A stretch of 64,000 bases of DNA from a virus. Position numbers and translations under genes: made by a program. A model generated the notes under the pieces. That model searched no databases, was not told where the DNA came from, and was given only the letters and a program-made list of their open reading frames with translations. Where the stretch lies: the IMG/VR virus record IMGVR_UViG_3300045988_087149, positions 32,001 through 96,000 of that record; one strand, written 5' to 3'. Position 1 is the stretch's first letter. The number at the start of each line of letters is the position of its first letter. Below, piece by piece: positions 10,444 through 18,963 of the stretch.

Positions 10444-10699
10444 CCTTTTCTGGCAGATTAAAATAAGCCCACCAATCGTTAGAAAAATATATTGGCCCAA
10501 TGCCGCCATATTTGCTTTGCCAAGATAGTCTTTCTTCTATTTCATCCGTACCTGTACGCGAATCATGAACCGTGACATCAACCTTTACATATCTGCTTTG
10601 CGCAATATAATCTTGCCCACTGCGCGGTTTATATGTAAGTACCCATTCACCTATTGGAGGTAAATCAGATTCATTTACGACTCTATGCCATTCAATCAT
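10427..10699 (-). CDS. hypothetical protein, DUF551-like N-terminus (90 aa)
   Basis: MIEWHRV...LPPIGEWVL pattern. 4-nt overlap with the upstream gene. Confidence 0.55.
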   Translation of the reverse strand: MIEWHRVVNESDLPPIGEWVLTYKPRSGQDYIAQSRYVKVDVTVHDSRTGTDEIEERLSWQSKYGGIGPIYFSNDWWAYFNLPEKDGDLD

Positions 10700-11097
10700 T
10701 CTTTCTCTCCTCCAATCTTAAATGGCCTGCCTTTCTTAGCTCTAAGATAACCAGAGCGATATGCTAGAGCAATGGCTTTAATTACCTCGTTCTCTCGATA
10801 ACATCTTACTTTCTCCATACCATCAAATCCCATAATAACGGGCAAATTGAATTTGATACAACCATTAAATACAGAATTATCCAGTTTTGGTTTGAGCATG
10901 GTATAGATTTCATCATCTGAAACATCTGGAAGTTCTTGATATAACGCCAAGCTAACAAGACTAACGACAAAACCACTATCATAATTTGGTGGAATTTTAA
11001 CAAAAGCGCTATTATGTCCGATTGATGCAATACACCCAAAATATACATTTGGCGTATCAACAGGTGCTACTTTATCTCCTACTTTGAATTTACTCAT
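10696..11097 (-). CDS. hypothetical phage protein (133 aa)
   Basis: First ORF after promoter 11131-11159; GGAGG 8 nt upstream of the ATG. Confidence 0.6.
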   Translation of the reverse strand: MSKFKVGDKVAPVDTPNVYFGCIASIGHNSAFVKIPPNYDSGFVVSLVSLALYQELPDVSDDEIYTMLKPKLDNSVFNGCIKFNLPVIMGFDGMEKVRCYRENEVIKAIALAYRSGYLRAKKGRPFKIGGEKE

Positions 11098-11130
11098 AAT
11101 AAAATCAACCTCCTTATTGTTGATATAGCA

Positions 11131-11159
11131 ATTATATCATAAAGAGGTTGATTTGTCAA
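11131..11159 (-). promoter_or_regulatory. sigma-A-type promoter (leftward)
   Basis: cTTGACAAAT (11159-11154), 17 bp, TATAAT (11136-11131). Intergenic. Confidence 0.7.
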
Positions 11160-11168
11160 GTATTAAAT

Positions 11169-11483
11169 TTATCTGAATGTCGTGCCATCCCAAGGATTAT
11201 ATTCATAACCGCAATGAGGGCAATAATTAGCTTCAACTAATTCATAATGCCAACCACATCTAGCACATGCCCCATACCATGAACCATCTGTATTGCGTTG
11301 GTGCTTCCATTTTAGCTTTGACTCATATAACGGCTTATATGCACTGCATAATTCTCTTCCTTTATCACTACATGCGAATGGTTCTTTTACAGCCCAACAT
11401 TCATTGACTGTTATATCTCGCATTTCACCACTTGCCCATCGTCTATATATAACCTCATGTGCATACTTACATGGTGTTCTCAT
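11169..11483 (-). CDS. Cys-rich small protein (104 aa)
   Basis: C-terminal CARCGWHYE...CPHCGY zinc ribbon. 4-nt overlap with the primase stop. Confidence 0.55.
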   Translation of the reverse strand: MRTPCKYAHEVIYRRWASGEMRDITVNECWAVKEPFACSDKGRELCSAYKPLYESKLKWKHQRNTDGSWYGACARCGWHYELVEANYCPHCGYEYNPWDGTTFR

Positions 11484-12532
11484 ACTCTCACCCTACTTTC
11501 CCACAATTTCATTGCTTGTTCATATGGTATATCCATCATATTGAATTTATACATATCATAGCCTTGATTGTTATATACTATAGAATAGTTGAAAAAGGGC
11601 TTTAATTTAGCTGCCAACTTCTTCATCTTGACAACAAAGAACTTAAATTCATCATCACCGACTTGCTTATAATCGTTATCCATACACAATACGACATCAT
11701 TCACGCCTAACTCTAATAATAGCTGTATATGCTGTCTACTGATGTTAGAGCCAAAGACGGCTAGAGCATTATCTATACCATATTGGGGTGACTTGAGTAC
11801 GCTTTTTTCTGATTCAAATAGCACTACTTGACGCGACTTTTCAATAGCGGCTTTATTTTGGTCATAGCCATACATGACTTGTGATGTTGCCAGCTTTAGC
11901 ACTGTCCCATCTAGCGTACATATTGGTCTATACTTGCCCTTGGCCACATCCTGTTCTCTTGTATATCGCCCCCTTACGCCTACTAGCTGTCCATTAAATA
12001 GGACAGGTATGGAAATACACGCTTGCCGTGCATACCAACCTATACCAAATTCATCAAGTATATCCGCTGAAATACCATAATCCAGCCATTCTTGCGGATA
12101 TAAATGGTCAAATAGGGATAATATGGACTTATCATATGTCAAGAGCTTATCTGGCTCTGGCTCGGCATTAGGTAGAAATCGGCGCAATTCAGCCCAATTA
12201 TCAAGTTGCTCATTCTGCTCTATTTGTCCTACTTGTAGATGCAGGACTGAGCAGATATATGACACAGCTTGATTGAAGTCAAGATGCTTGACGTGCTGAA
12301 CTAGAGATATGGCATCGCCTGAAAAGCTGCAACTCCAACAATGGAATGAACCAGATTCTATATAATACCACAATTTGGGCTTATGTTTATCCCAATCAGC
12401 ACCCCAATGACAAATTGAGCCAAATATCAAATTGTTGCTATCAGCCTTCATCAATGGCGCACCTAGAGCATTCATTAACTCTATAATGCGGTCATCGGTT
12501 AGCTGAGATTTGAGAGATGTGATGTCAATCAT
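11480..12532 (-). CDS. dnaG: DnaG-type DNA primase
   Basis: Zinc finger FHCWSCSFSGD and TOPRIM residues VVLFESEKS / CMDNDY. Start moved to ATG 12532 (MIDITSL) because a coupled 57-aa ORF occupies 12529-12702. Confidence 0.85.
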   Translation of the reverse strand: MIDITSLKSQLTDDRIIELMNALGAPLMKADSNNLIFGSICHWGADWDKHKPKLWYYIESGSFHCWSCSFSGDAISLVQHVKHLDFNQAVSYICSVLHLQVGQIEQNEQLDNWAELRRFLPNAEPEPDKLLTYDKSILSLFDHLYPQEWLDYGISADILDEFGIGWYARQACISIPVLFNGQLVGVRGRYTREQDVAKGKYRPICTLDGTVLKLATSQVMYGYDQNKAAIEKSRQVVLFESEKSVLKSPQYGIDNALAVFGSNISRQHIQLLLELGVNDVVLCMDNDYKQVGDDEFKFFVVKMKKLAAKLKPFFNYSIVYNNQGYDMYKFNMMDIPYEQAMKLWESRVRV

Positions 12533-12702
12533 AAGACAAAAATCAATATCGCGCCGGACATCAAAGTAAACGCCAATAAGCCACAACCAATGCCACATAT
12601 GAGCAAATCGCTATATTTGTGAGTTCGCTTATATTCATTTCCTCCAAAAAGAATAGCTAAAAACGATACGCATAACGCCATTCCATAAATCACCCATGTC
12701 AT
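12529..12702 (-). CDS. 57-aa two-TM membrane protein
   Basis: ATGA overlaps at both ends (dnaB stop and dnaG start). Two hydrophobic helices (WVIYGMALCVSFLAILF, ICGIGCGLLAFTLMSGAILIFVL). Confidence 0.5.
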   Translation of the reverse strand: MTWVIYGMALCVSFLAILFGGNEYKRTHKYSDLLICGIGCGLLAFTLMSGAILIFVL

Positions 12703-14171
12703 TTAGCATACACCAACCTTGTCTTAGTTAATTGATAGGGGTTATCAAATTTTGTGGTTACAAAACAATCCTTTGTTCGACCTGTATTTAAATCAAGATT
12801 AAAATAAACCTTAATACCTTGCTCAACCTGCGAAAAGCGCATTTTATAGAGGTGTAGCACGCGATTTGGCTTTACCTTATCAGGATATTTTTCCATCATC
12901 ATATCAGCTATTTCTTGCTCTTTACGGCGCAACGGCATAATTACGCCAGCTACATCGGCCTTGTTCTGAATCGCTCTTGAGCCAGCTGCAACGCCGCTAT
13001 CCATAATTTCCTGTGTCGTAGCATTAGCATTGACCTGAGTAAATGTCAAGACGGCTATATTATATTCAACAGCTAAATCCTTGAGCTTACTTGCTATACC
13101 AGATAGCACCTGATCTGAGCGAGTAGATACGCCATTCTTTTTAGCTAAATCGCTTGATACAGATGAGGATTCAACGATATAATCATAACAGAGATAGCCT
13201 ACTTGCTTATTGACCACATAATCTTTTACATATGATTCAATTAAATCAACAGTATAATTAGGCATAGTGACGATATATAGTTTGGATTCATGCAGGATTT
13301 TAATAGCCTCATCTACACGTTCTTCTTCGCCTTCTTCATACCGCCCATTCAAGATACTAAAGCATGGTACGCCGCTAATTGTAGCCACAATCTTAGGCGT
13401 GATTTCAGTATCACCAGCCATCTCAAATTGGAGATATAAGCCAGCCTTATGCTGATAACATGGATTATCTATATATTGCTCCTTATCTACATCATAGATT
13501 CTAGGACAACATACTTGCACAAGATTAGCCAAGCCAATAGTTGATTTGCCTACACCCGAACCAACTGAATAGATGGATAGTTGCCCCGGAATCCAGCCTC
13601 TAGCCGCTGTGTTTAGATATTCACTAAAGGTCGTTGCGCCAAATAGCGGCTCTGCCTTGAAGCCCTCCTTAACTGCCTCAAATCCATCACCAGCTTTTAG
13701 CTCATCTATATCCTTGTCTTTATAGAATTGCTTCTTTATAGCTATCTGCTGTGCGTCAAAATATTGTACTATATCCTCTATAGTTGCTTTATCATCTTGC
13801 TCAAATTTGTCTACATTGTAGCCAGCATTTTTATATGAACGGAGTAAGGTGGCGCGGCGCGTGTTGTTGTAATAGACCTCAAAATTTCCTACAGTAGCAA
13901 GCTGCTTGACTGTATCAATAAAATCGTCTAGCTGATTTAGCTTGAATATATCCTCTACTTGCTTATTGTTCTTACATAGCATATATAGGTCTAGCGCCGA
14001 TATGGATTCAGCTCCACGTTTAGCCAGAGCAACACAGCCCTGCCACAATCTGAGGTGAAAATCAACCGTGAAATCGTCACGGCTTAGAGGGTACTTGTCA
14101 GAAATAGCAAGAGAGGGTTTGATTAGCAAACAGCCTAATAGCAACCTAACAGAATTTTGGTCATAGAGCAA
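12699..14171 (-). CDS. dnaB: DnaB-type replicative helicase
   Basis: 490 aa. Walker A SVGSGVGKST in a RecA-like C-terminal domain, with a DnaB-like N-terminal domain. Confidence 0.9.
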   Translation of the reverse strand: MLYDQNSVRLLLGCLLIKPSLAISDKYPLSRDDFTVDFHLRLWQGCVALAKRGAESISALDLYMLCKNNKQVEDIFKLNQLDDFIDTVKQLATVGNFEVYYNNTRRATLLRSYKNAGYNVDKFEQDDKATIEDIVQYFDAQQIAIKKQFYKDKDIDELKAGDGFEAVKEGFKAEPLFGATTFSEYLNTAARGWIPGQLSIYSVGSGVGKSTIGLANLVQVCCPRIYDVDKEQYIDNPCYQHKAGLYLQFEMAGDTEITPKIVATISGVPCFSILNGRYEEGEEERVDEAIKILHESKLYIVTMPNYTVDLIESYVKDYVVNKQVGYLCYDYIVESSSVSSDLAKKNGVSTRSDQVLSGIASKLKDLAVEYNIAVLTFTQVNANATTQEIMDSGVAAGSRAIQNKADVAGVIMPLRRKEQEIADMMMEKYPDKVKPNRVLHLYKMRFSQVEQGIKVYFNLDLNTGRTKDCFVTTKFDNPYQLTKTRLVYAK

Positions 14172-14174
14172 TGG

Positions 14175-14540
14175 TTATTCCTCCGCTATACCCTTAATTT
14201 CTTTTACCTTTTCAATATATTCTTTGAAGCTAAACCATTTGTCTTTTATTAGATGACCAATTTTATCAATCGTGTTATGCTCATCTACATGAACTCGCAC
14301 ATATTTATCCTTTAGGGCTTCCCATTTATCAACCTCAAGCGTTTTCATCAGCTCAATGATAGCACCATATCCATCGGATGAGCCATAATGTCCAGCTTCA
14401 TTACACCAATGGTCGAGACAATAGCCACCAATACCACCACCCCAACCAGCACCTTCAACATAGACATAAGCCGTTAGACAACCATGATCTTCGCCCAGCT
14501 TAGTTTCTGTAATTTTAGCGTTCAGTGTTTCATTTCGCAT
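14175..14540 (-). CDS. hypothetical phage protein (121 aa)
   Basis: Track ORF; GGAGGAATAA upstream; tightly packed. Confidence 0.6.
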   Translation of the reverse strand: MRNETLNAKITETKLGEDHGCLTAYVYVEGAGWGGGIGGYCLDHWCNEAGHYGSSDGYGAIIELMKTLEVDKWEALKDKYVRVHVDEHNTIDKIGHLIKDKWFSFKEYIEKVKEIKGIAEE

Positions 14541-14546
14541 ACTACA

Positions 14547-14651
14547 TTATTCCTCCTTGCTCGATTCATCTAATTCACAAAATGTACCTTGCCAATGCGG
14601 ACAGTCTGTATCGGGAGCGGTGCATTTAGCGCCATCTTTATATGGGTACAT
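14547..14651 (-). CDS. possible 34-aa Cys-containing peptide
   Basis: ATG at 14651 overlaps the upstream TAA (TAATG). GGAGG lies 7 nt upstream. Fills an otherwise empty 110-nt gap. Confidence 0.35.
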   Translation of the reverse strand: MYPYKDGAKCTAPDTDCPHWQGTFCELDESSKEE

Positions 14652-14914
14652 TACGCATCCTCCCAATCTAACAATTGTCCACAACTTCCGCAATGCGGAT
14701 AATATTTAGTAATTCCATGATGACAAATTGGACAACGATGCCAATATAACATTTTATTACTAATAAGTGTTGGTTCTGGATTCATTGGAATCTGCTTCTC
14801 TAGTGCTCTAACAATAGTGCCCATATATGGCTCAATGTCGCTCGTATCAAGCATACCACTAGTTAGAGCATCAAAAGCCTCGTCGTATTCATTGACATAT
14901 TGTTTCATCATCAA
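14651..14914 (-). CDS. small zinc-ribbon protein (87 aa)
   Basis: CPICHH...CGSCG. 4-nt overlap upstream. Confidence 0.55.
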   Translation of the reverse strand: MMMKQYVNEYDEAFDALTSGMLDTSDIEPYMGTIVRALEKQIPMNPEPTLISNKMLYWHRCPICHHGITKYYPHCGSCGQLLDWEDA

Positions 14915-15132
14915 TCCTCCGGCAATTCAATATATGTCCAACGGTCAGCCACATCAATAAAGCAACAATCATAATCATTTGCTCCATAAATCCATTTATC
15001 ACCACGTTTATAGCACAGCATTGTTGCTTCTTCATTGTATTGACATTCCATATTCCAATACGCTACAAGTACACGCTTAAATTCTTGTGGAAAATCGTCA
15101 TCAAATATTTTATGCCATTGTATCATCATCAA
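14911..15132 (-). CDS. hypothetical protein, DUF551-like (73 aa)
   Basis: MIQWHKI...FPQEFKRVLV pattern; overlapping neighbours. Confidence 0.5.
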   Translation of the reverse strand: MMMIQWHKIFDDDFPQEFKRVLVAYWNMECQYNEEATMLCYKRGDKWIYGANDYDCCFIDVADRWTYIELPED

Positions 15133-15370
15133 TTACCTTTACAACCATATTATCTTCATGTGCTCTAAAACAATGGAAATCAGGGCAACGACCACAGCTT
15201 TCAGCAATATCTTGATGCCGTTCATCCTTATGTAATCCACACCCAACTGGGCCGCCACCAACAATATCTCCTTCTTTATCAAAGAAAAAATCATGGTGAA
15301 CATAGATGCAGAAATCACAGCAAGCCAATCTCAAACATTCTTCAGAACATCCAATCATTTTATGTTTCAT
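15110..15370 (-). CDS. Cys-rich hypothetical protein (86 aa)
   Basis: Track ORF with many Cys/His residues; 4-nt overlap with the methyltransferase stop. Confidence 0.5.
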   Translation of the reverse strand: MKHKMIGCSEECLRLACCDFCIYVHHDFFFDKEGDIVGGGPVGCGLHKDERHQDIAESCGRCPDFHCFRAHEDNMVVKVIDDDTMA

Positions 15371-15897
15371 CCAATCAAATCCTCCTTCTTGTTAATCCTC
15401 TCAAATACTAACTGAGATGGCAACATTTTGTGGCAGAGATAGCCACTTTGGAATGGTACTGAACTGCTTGAACAATCCGGTCTAATGTAAGATACTCTAG
15501 GACTTAACCACATCATTTCACAACCATATTTCTCAAACATATCAAATCGTGCCTTATTATCAAAAATACCCTGAAAATTTATAAGCATAGCAAATGATTT
15601 TCCAAGCTCATACAGTCTTTGAAATACCTCTGTTTTTAGAGAATATGGAGGATTAGAGATGATATACTCTGTACCAAATGGTGGTTCGCTCTCAAAGAAA
15701 TCTAACCCCATTGAAATGTGGGAATGTACAACATTGTGTCCAGCTTTATTTAGCACCTGAACGAACTGGCTCTCAGCCGTATCAAATGGACACCAGATAT
15801 TGCTATGTGGAGGCAGATATTTAAGAAGTGGTTTAACCGCATATGCCGGTGTGTAATATTCATCATTTTTATTAAATTTATATTGAATCTGTGACAT
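15367..15897 (-). CDS. N6-adenine DNA methyltransferase (small phage type)
   Basis: 176 aa, with DEYYTP near the N-terminus and the catalytic NPPY motif (IISNPPYSLK). Confidence 0.75.
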   Translation of the reverse strand: MSQIQYKFNKNDEYYTPAYAVKPLLKYLPPHSNIWCPFDTAESQFVQVLNKAGHNVVHSHISMGLDFFESEPPFGTEYIISNPPYSLKTEVFQRLYELGKSFAMLINFQGIFDNKARFDMFEKYGCEMMWLSPRVSYIRPDCSSSSVPFQSGYLCHKMLPSQLVFERINKKEDLIG

Positions 15898-16379
15898 TAC
15901 CTAAACACATCCTCCTCATCATTCTTTTTAACAATCGTCTCAACCCCATCTTCAGCTTGCCATTGCTGTATATTCTGTTTTACCTGATTTAGCCAAGTAT
16001 AATATTTTTTACATTCATCATATTTATACTTGATCAGTCCAAGTGGCGATTGAGACACATCCTTTCCAAGCTCTTTATAGATATATCTGATAGTATAAGC
16101 AATACCACCATATGTCATATCAGGATTATCTTTCATCAACTGAGAAAGCTGGATGCCTACAAGCCGCATATTAGCATCAGGCGCAATTTGGCGTATATAA
16201 TCCAGCAATTTGCGCCTATCATCTTTTAATTCTGCTTTGGGCTTGACAGTGTGAGCATTGATATAATCCTGTTTGCATTGCTCACAACAGAAATAGAATT
16301 TAGGCTTATATTCGATTGCATCTTGCTTTGGCGTTGATTTGCCGCATTGGCGACATTTAATTGTTTTTTCTTTCGTCAT
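15897..16379 (-). CDS. hypothetical protein with N-terminal zinc ribbon (160 aa)
   Basis: CRQCGK...CCEQC; 1-nt overlap downstream and 4-nt overlap upstream. Confidence 0.6.
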   Translation of the reverse strand: MTKEKTIKCRQCGKSTPKQDAIEYKPKFYFCCEQCKQDYINAHTVKPKAELKDDRRKLLDYIRQIAPDANMRLVGIQLSQLMKDNPDMTYGGIAYTIRYIYKELGKDVSQSPLGLIKYKYDECKKYYTWLNQVKQNIQQWQAEDGVETIVKKNDEEDVFR

Positions 16380-16705
16380 CTAGAAAATGCCATCTGACGC
16401 ATATAGCTATAAGGCAACATATATTCACCATGAGTAGGTATCCAATTAAGCCACGCTTCAATATCATCGCCCTTAACATTATAGTAGCCATCATCAAACA
16501 GCATACATCGAGTGCAGCTTGCGTCAAACATAATACTGGTATCATCTGTAAAATTGATATAGCCAGTTTCATCACCAGAGCAAATCCTTACATCAATAGA
16601 TTCAATTTGTTTATCATCTGGAATCTTGATTTCTTTGACTTTATCGTCATAGTCATAGATTTTTACTTTCACTGTGCTCCTCCTGTTCATGATATTTAAT
16701 TGCAT
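16376..16705 (-). CDS. hypothetical phage protein (109 aa)
   Basis: Track ORF with AGGAGG upstream. Confidence 0.55.
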   Translation of the reverse strand: MQLNIMNRRSTVKVKIYDYDDKVKEIKIPDDKQIESIDVRICSGDETGYINFTDDTSIMFDASCTRCMLFDDGYYNVKGDDIEAWLNWIPTHGEYMLPYSYMRQMAFSR

Positions 16706-16710
16706 GTGAC

Positions 16711-17136
16711 TTAGGCATTAGCTTTACCTACAGCCTTAAAATCAACGACTTCACCATCAATCATCTTGTGATAGTATAGCTTATCGCAATAAGAGATGAG
16801 CCGAATACGGATTGCGTTGCGCTGACCAAATTCAGTAGCAGTCTTGCCAAATGCATCGTCTGTAATTACCCAACCATATCTCAGAACATTTCCAGAATTT
16901 GCTTCAGGCATAAGTTCCACATCTGTCTTAAAGCACCACCACATATCATCGCTGGACGTTGTACCGTGCGGCCACTGTACACAGATTTCGCCACCTTCGA
17001 CTTCAAGTACAATACCAAACGTGCCAACAACAGGGTAATAGTAGGGTGCCATTTTATGCGATACATCGCTAGTAAATTTTACATATCTATTAGTCCACAC
17101 TTCATTGTTCAACATTGTTTTATTCTCCTTGCTCAC
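16711..17136 (-). CDS. hypothetical phage protein (141 aa)
   Basis: Track ORF with AAGGAG upstream. Confidence 0.6.
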   Translation of the reverse strand: MSKENKTMLNNEVWTNRYVKFTSDVSHKMAPYYYPVVGTFGIVLEVEGGEICVQWPHGTTSSDDMWWCFKTDVELMPEANSGNVLRYGWVITDDAFGKTATEFGQRNAIRIRLISYCDKLYYHKMIDGEVVDFKAVGKANA

Positions 17137-17163
17137 AGCAGAAATAGAATTTAGACTTATGTT

Positions 17164-17370
17164 TTACCAAATATAGTCACAAAGAATCTTAACACCAGTT
17201 TCGTAGTCAGACTTGCTCATTGGCATCCAAGCAACATACCATTTTCCATCATTAAAGAATAAGTCCGTCTTAAGTCTAGCTTCAATCATTTCCTTGCGAC
17301 ACAACTCAGCAATATCCTTGAATTGAAAAGCAGTATTGATCCATTTCATTTTATTGTCCTCCTGTTTCAT
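17164..17370 (-). CDS. hypothetical phage protein (68 aa)
   Basis: First ORF after promoter 17382-17410, with AGGAGG upstream. Confidence 0.5.
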   Translation of the reverse strand: MKQEDNKMKWINTAFQFKDIAELCRKEMIEARLKTDLFFNDGKWYVAWMPMSKSDYETGVKILCDYIW

Positions 17371-17381
17371 TTGTTGGCTTA

Positions 17382-17410
17382 ATTATAGCATATAAATAGG
17401 AGGTTGTCAA
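17382..17410 (-). promoter_or_regulatory. sigma-A-type promoter (leftward)
   Basis: cTTGACA (17410-17405), 17 bp, TATAAT (17387-17382). Confidence 0.7.
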
Positions 17411-17418
17411 GAGGAAAT

Positions 17419-18111
17419 TTACAGGTTTTCAATATAACTGCCCCATTGATCTGCCATAGCTTGTGCGATGCCCTCAAATGTCTTGCTTCGATTCTTTGCT
17501 CTATTTGTAGTAAACATACCTCTATGCTTTTCATTATGCTTATGACTATAGCTACCAGATGGACACCAAGTGGCGATTGGGCTTACAGGGTTTACAGGTT
17601 GCAACATCGGGACATTCTTTTCCCATAAACAAGTTCTTTTACTGTATGGATGCCACTCTCCATAATATTCATATGGTTGAATGGTTTGAGTATAGGATGG
17701 CAATTCATATACCTTAGATGGAATTGGGTTTTCAACAACAATATGTTCACACTTGGCATTGATAAACTGCATAAAGAACTCCTTTGCCTCAAGTCCTTTG
17801 CTATATCGCTCTTGATTTAGCACATGATTTTTCCATAGATGACGAGCACCAGCATTACTTAGATAAGTGCAAGGCGGATGACAAATCAGTAAATCCCATT
17901 CTCCCTTAATAATATGATGTTCACCATCAACTGTATCAAATTCACAGTCGCCATTGATTAAAGGTAGCACATCTTATTGAATATGCCACTCAGGATGACC
18001 ACCAGAGCAAGGCTCAATATCACAACTATATGCCTCCCAGCCACGCTCACGAAAAGCAGTACAAACACGCTGAGATTCTTCACAACAAATAAGTAACTTA
18101 AATTTCTTCAT
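17419..18111 (-). pseudogene. C5-cytosine DNA methyltransferase-like gene interrupted by one in-frame TAA
   Basis: ATG 18111 opens MKKFKLLICCEESQRVCTAFRERGWEAYSCDIEPCSGGHPEWHIQ. TAA follows at 17976-17974. The same frame then continues DVLPLING...LLICHPPCTYLSNAG (PPC catalytic motif). Confidence 0.6.
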
Positions 18112-18733
18112 TCACTATACTCCATTCTAACACCCACTTATCAATTTCTTCTTGGCTCATAGCCACATCTGTTCTCTTGCAATCAACCACCCTAAGACCG
18201 CTAGGATGCGTTATGACCCGATTTTGCTCTATGCTATATCCTGCATCATATTCAAGCCGCAATCGGCATATACAGCCATCACAGCCGTCAGAACGCTTGA
18301 TATTAAATACTCTAGGCGAATCGCCGCATATATTCAAGAATTGGCTCGAATCCAGCCATTGCCCATCCATTTCTATATTCATGCTATCAGCCGCATTATC
18401 TTCAACTATGCGGCAATATTGTACGTTATAATACAATGATTTTTTCCATTCGTTGATATTGCCTGATACCAATAACATAGTAGGCGTATCAGATTTTTTC
18501 ATTGTATAATAATGTTTGTTTTTGACATATATATAGCTATCTATTCGTGGATGGATATATTGCGCCATATTGAGCCATGATTTGATTTGCTCCTCATTCC
18601 ATTTGCGGCTTAATGTTTGGCTCATGGTGAGGCATTGATTATTGGCGATGACACTGAATCTGGCTTTCATATGGGTCTGATATAAGTCAATTCGCAGCTC
18701 TTGTAGTTGAGCTACACATAGAAATCTATTCAA
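18098..18733 (-). CDS. hypothetical phage protein (211 aa)
   Basis: First ORF after promoter 18753-18781. Confidence 0.6.
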   Translation of the reverse strand: MNRFLCVAQLQELRIDLYQTHMKARFSVIANNQCLTMSQTLSRKWNEEQIKSWLNMAQYIHPRIDSYIYVKNKHYYTMKKSDTPTMLLVSGNINEWKKSLYYNVQYCRIVEDNAADSMNIEMDGQWLDSSQFLNICGDSPRVFNIKRSDGCDGCICRLRLEYDAGYSIEQNRVITHPSGLRVVDCKRTDVAMSQEEIDKWVLEWSIVNEEI

Positions 18734-18752
18734 GCATCATCACCTCACATCT

Positions 18753-18781
18753 ATTATATAATAAAAAGGCGGGATTGTCAA
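18753..18781 (-). promoter_or_regulatory. sigma-A-type promoter (leftward)
   Basis: cTTGACA (18781-18776), 17 bp, TATAAT (18758-18753). The -35 lies in the loop of hairpin 18765-18792. Confidence 0.65.
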
Positions 18782-18792
18782 GCCCCGCCTTT
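18765..18792 (-). terminator. intrinsic-terminator-like hairpin
   Basis: Perfect 9-bp stem AAAGGCGGG/CCCGCCTTT with a 10-nt loop. On the minus strand a U-rich tail follows the 51-aa ORF. Confidence 0.5.
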
Positions 18793-18799
18793 AATATTT

Positions 18800-18955
18800 T
18801 TAAGTCTCTTCGCCATCGCTTACTTCAATAGAAGTATAGCCTTCTCTGGCTAATTCCATGCCAAGCCGAATTGCGTCTAAATAATCATCGACATTAAACA
18901 AGTCACGATCAATCGTTGCATCCTCAATAAGATTGACGTGTAGAATTTTATCCAT
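18800..18955 (-). CDS. acidic 51-aa protein (below track cutoff)
   Basis: ATG at 18955 with GAGG 7 nt upstream (MDKILHVNLIEDATIDRD...). Ends just before the hairpin. Confidence 0.4.
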   Translation of the reverse strand: MDKILHVNLIEDATIDRDLFNVDDYLDAIRLGMELAREGYTSIEVSDGEET

Positions 18956-18963
18956 AATTAACC

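Noticed and set aside
11480-12598. Long form of the primase ORF starting MWHWLWLIGVYF.
   Set aside because: That extension overlaps, in another frame, a better-supported coupled 57-aa membrane ORF. ATG 12532 forms an ATGA junction with that ORF.
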